From the NCBI RefSeq assembly GCF_021028975.2, contig NC_059430.1, positions 31,992,001 through 32,056,000 of the forward strand: a stretch of 64,000 bases of DNA, written 5' to 3'. This DNA comes from Sphaerodactylus townsendi (lineage: Eukaryota). Made by a program: the position numbers and the translations under genes. This document shows positions 62,427 through 64,000 of the stretch, in pieces; the stretch's first letter is position 1, and each line of letters begins with the position of its first letter. Under the pieces are notes generated by a model that had not been told where the DNA came from, ran no database searches, and saw nothing but the letters and a program-made list of their open reading frames with translations.

Positions 62427-62537
62427 CTGTAGAATCATCAGGGTTAGGATCAAAATTCAGCCACTCTGTACTTAAAGGATATGCCGACAACATGAGATCA
62501 TGATGAACATAAAAGGACTCCTCATCATGATTGTAAA
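62427..62537 (-). CDS. PWP1: PWP1 exon
   Basis: [37 protein letters not shown]. Confidence 0.96.
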
Positions 62538-62705
62538 CTGAAATGAAATTTTAAAAAATCCTCAAGTGAGTAAAGTGAAACAGTCAACGATGCAAACCTT
62601 TATTACAAATACAAATTACAAATATGACACAAACGCGAATGTCCAACAAGCCTTTGCAAAACGTTTCCTTTAATGTTGGAAATTATTTTAAATTTATTTT
62701 GTGTT

Positions 62706-62762
62706 TGTGGTGGGTTTTCCAGGCTGTGTGGCCGTGGTCCGATGAAAGCCTTCGACAATACA
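62706..62762. mobile_element. Tiny Penelope-derived insertion
   Basis: gggttttccaggctgtgtggccgtggtcc + tgaaagccttcgacaataca; TTATTTTGTGTT duplicated on both sides. Confidence 0.65.
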
Positions 62763-63168
62763 TTATTTTGTGTTGTTCAATGTATTTATTTAAATTTTAT
62801 TTTATTGGTTGCTAGCAGCCTTCCGCTGACATTGGTGGGGAATGGCGGAGTAAAAGTCAAACAAACAAACAAGGTGGCTCTCTACCACTCACTAGAACAA
62901 ACGAAGGGGTTAACCTCAAACAAAGGGGCCAGTTTCTGCAGGCCTGGGGAAGAAACCCAAAGAAACATAGCTTTTTTCCACTAACTGTCCAAAAAAAGGG
63001 AGCAAACCTCCCAAAATTAAGAGCATTGCACGTGGACTCAGGAAGCACAAGGACAGGAGAGAGATCTTACACGAAGACTGCCCAGTTGCCATTAAACATA
63101 AAGGAATCCTACAGGGGGTCTTACTGGATCTCCTAAGAATTTTTTTAATGCAAGAATGGTTTACCCAC

Positions 63169-63265
63169 CATGGACTTCCAGACTGCAATGGTCTTTATCA
63201 ACTCTGCCACACACAACAAGATTATCACTAGGTTTAATCACAAAGTCTTCCTGCTCATATTGGTC
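63169..63265 (-). CDS. PWP1: PWP1 exon, the most 5' one in the window
   Basis: [32 protein letters not shown]. Confidence 0.95.
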
Positions 63266-64000
63266 CTATAGTGCAAAGGAAAATAAGGTCAGTGAGAGAT
63301 GCAAGATTCCCAGAAATCTGGAAACTGTGAGAACAATTCAAATATCTGCAAAACTGACTTATCAGACCTAAACATATTCTGCAGCTTCAGCAACATAAAC
63401 GGAAAAATGTATAACCTCATTAGCATATTAAAATGCAACAGATGAGATTTTCATGAAATTTACGTCTAAAGGCCTTCACTTTCTGCAAGAGAGAATACAA
63501 GTTACAATTAATTCCCAATGAATGCTACCTTAGCACATGTATGTTAGTTTCTGCCACATGAAGCAGGAAAAAAACTGAAAGCAATACCCATAAGTGCATT
63601 TGTGGACTAAAATCCAGGTTGTCAGATGAATTAGATGGGCTCCCTGTTGGCAGATCCATGTATACAAAGTAAATTTATTAACTGAACAGAAACATTTATG
63701 TACCAAAGTATTCATTTCCATTCTGTTTTTAAAAATGGAAGTACCACAGAGGTTGCAAAAAGGTTAATAAACTATAAATTGTCCCTTTTCACAAATATTT
63801 CCCATCAGCCAGAACAAAACTGTCTTCAGAAGAAGTTGCTGCAGAACTCTGCAACTGTTTTCAGTTCCATAGATCAGGAAAAAATTGAATACAACTATTT
63901 TAAATAAGTATATCAAACAAACCTATTACCGGTATATGCGTACACTGAAGCATGGCCCTCCAAGTTCATTTGAACTTACTGCCAAGTGCACATGTGGGAT

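Larger units (their letters stand above)
50098..63265 (-). other. PWP1: PWP1 gene span, 5'-partial; 11 coding exons (361 aa) in the window
   Basis: Joined exons give an open WD40-repeat protein matching vertebrate PWP1. Confidence 0.95.

Overview
Vertebrate genomic DNA. The repeat content (CR1, L2, Penelope-like elements, tRNA-derived SINEs, hAT and Harbinger MITEs) points to a squamate reptile, probably a gecko; this is an inference. Four protein-coding genes can be reconstructed exon by exon with GT-AG junctions and consistent phases. They are the last two coding exons of RTCB (+), single-exon ASCL4 (-), the complete PRDM4 (+, 11 coding exons, 795 aa, CpG-island promoter), and the last 11 coding exons of PWP1 (-), which is convergent with PRDM4. 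The remainder is intronic or intergenic DNA dense with transposons, plus one 187-N assembly gap. I found no convincing novel multi-gene system. The best leads are: (1) a young ERV-type solo LTR with a 6-bp TSD and a hairpin at its predicted start site, nested in a Penelope-like element; (2) minimal hammerhead-ribozyme motifs in a palindromic Penelope-derived element in PRDM4 intron 3; (3) a SPIN-type hAT MITE, from a family known for horizontal transfer; (4) an Arg-rich uORF overlapping the PRDM4 start; (5) a candidate in-frame 33-nt microexon at the start of the PRDM4 PR/SET domain; (6) hairpin MITEs carrying ZNF143/THAP11-like motifs. Gene and repeat names come from recalled sequence similarity, not from database searches.
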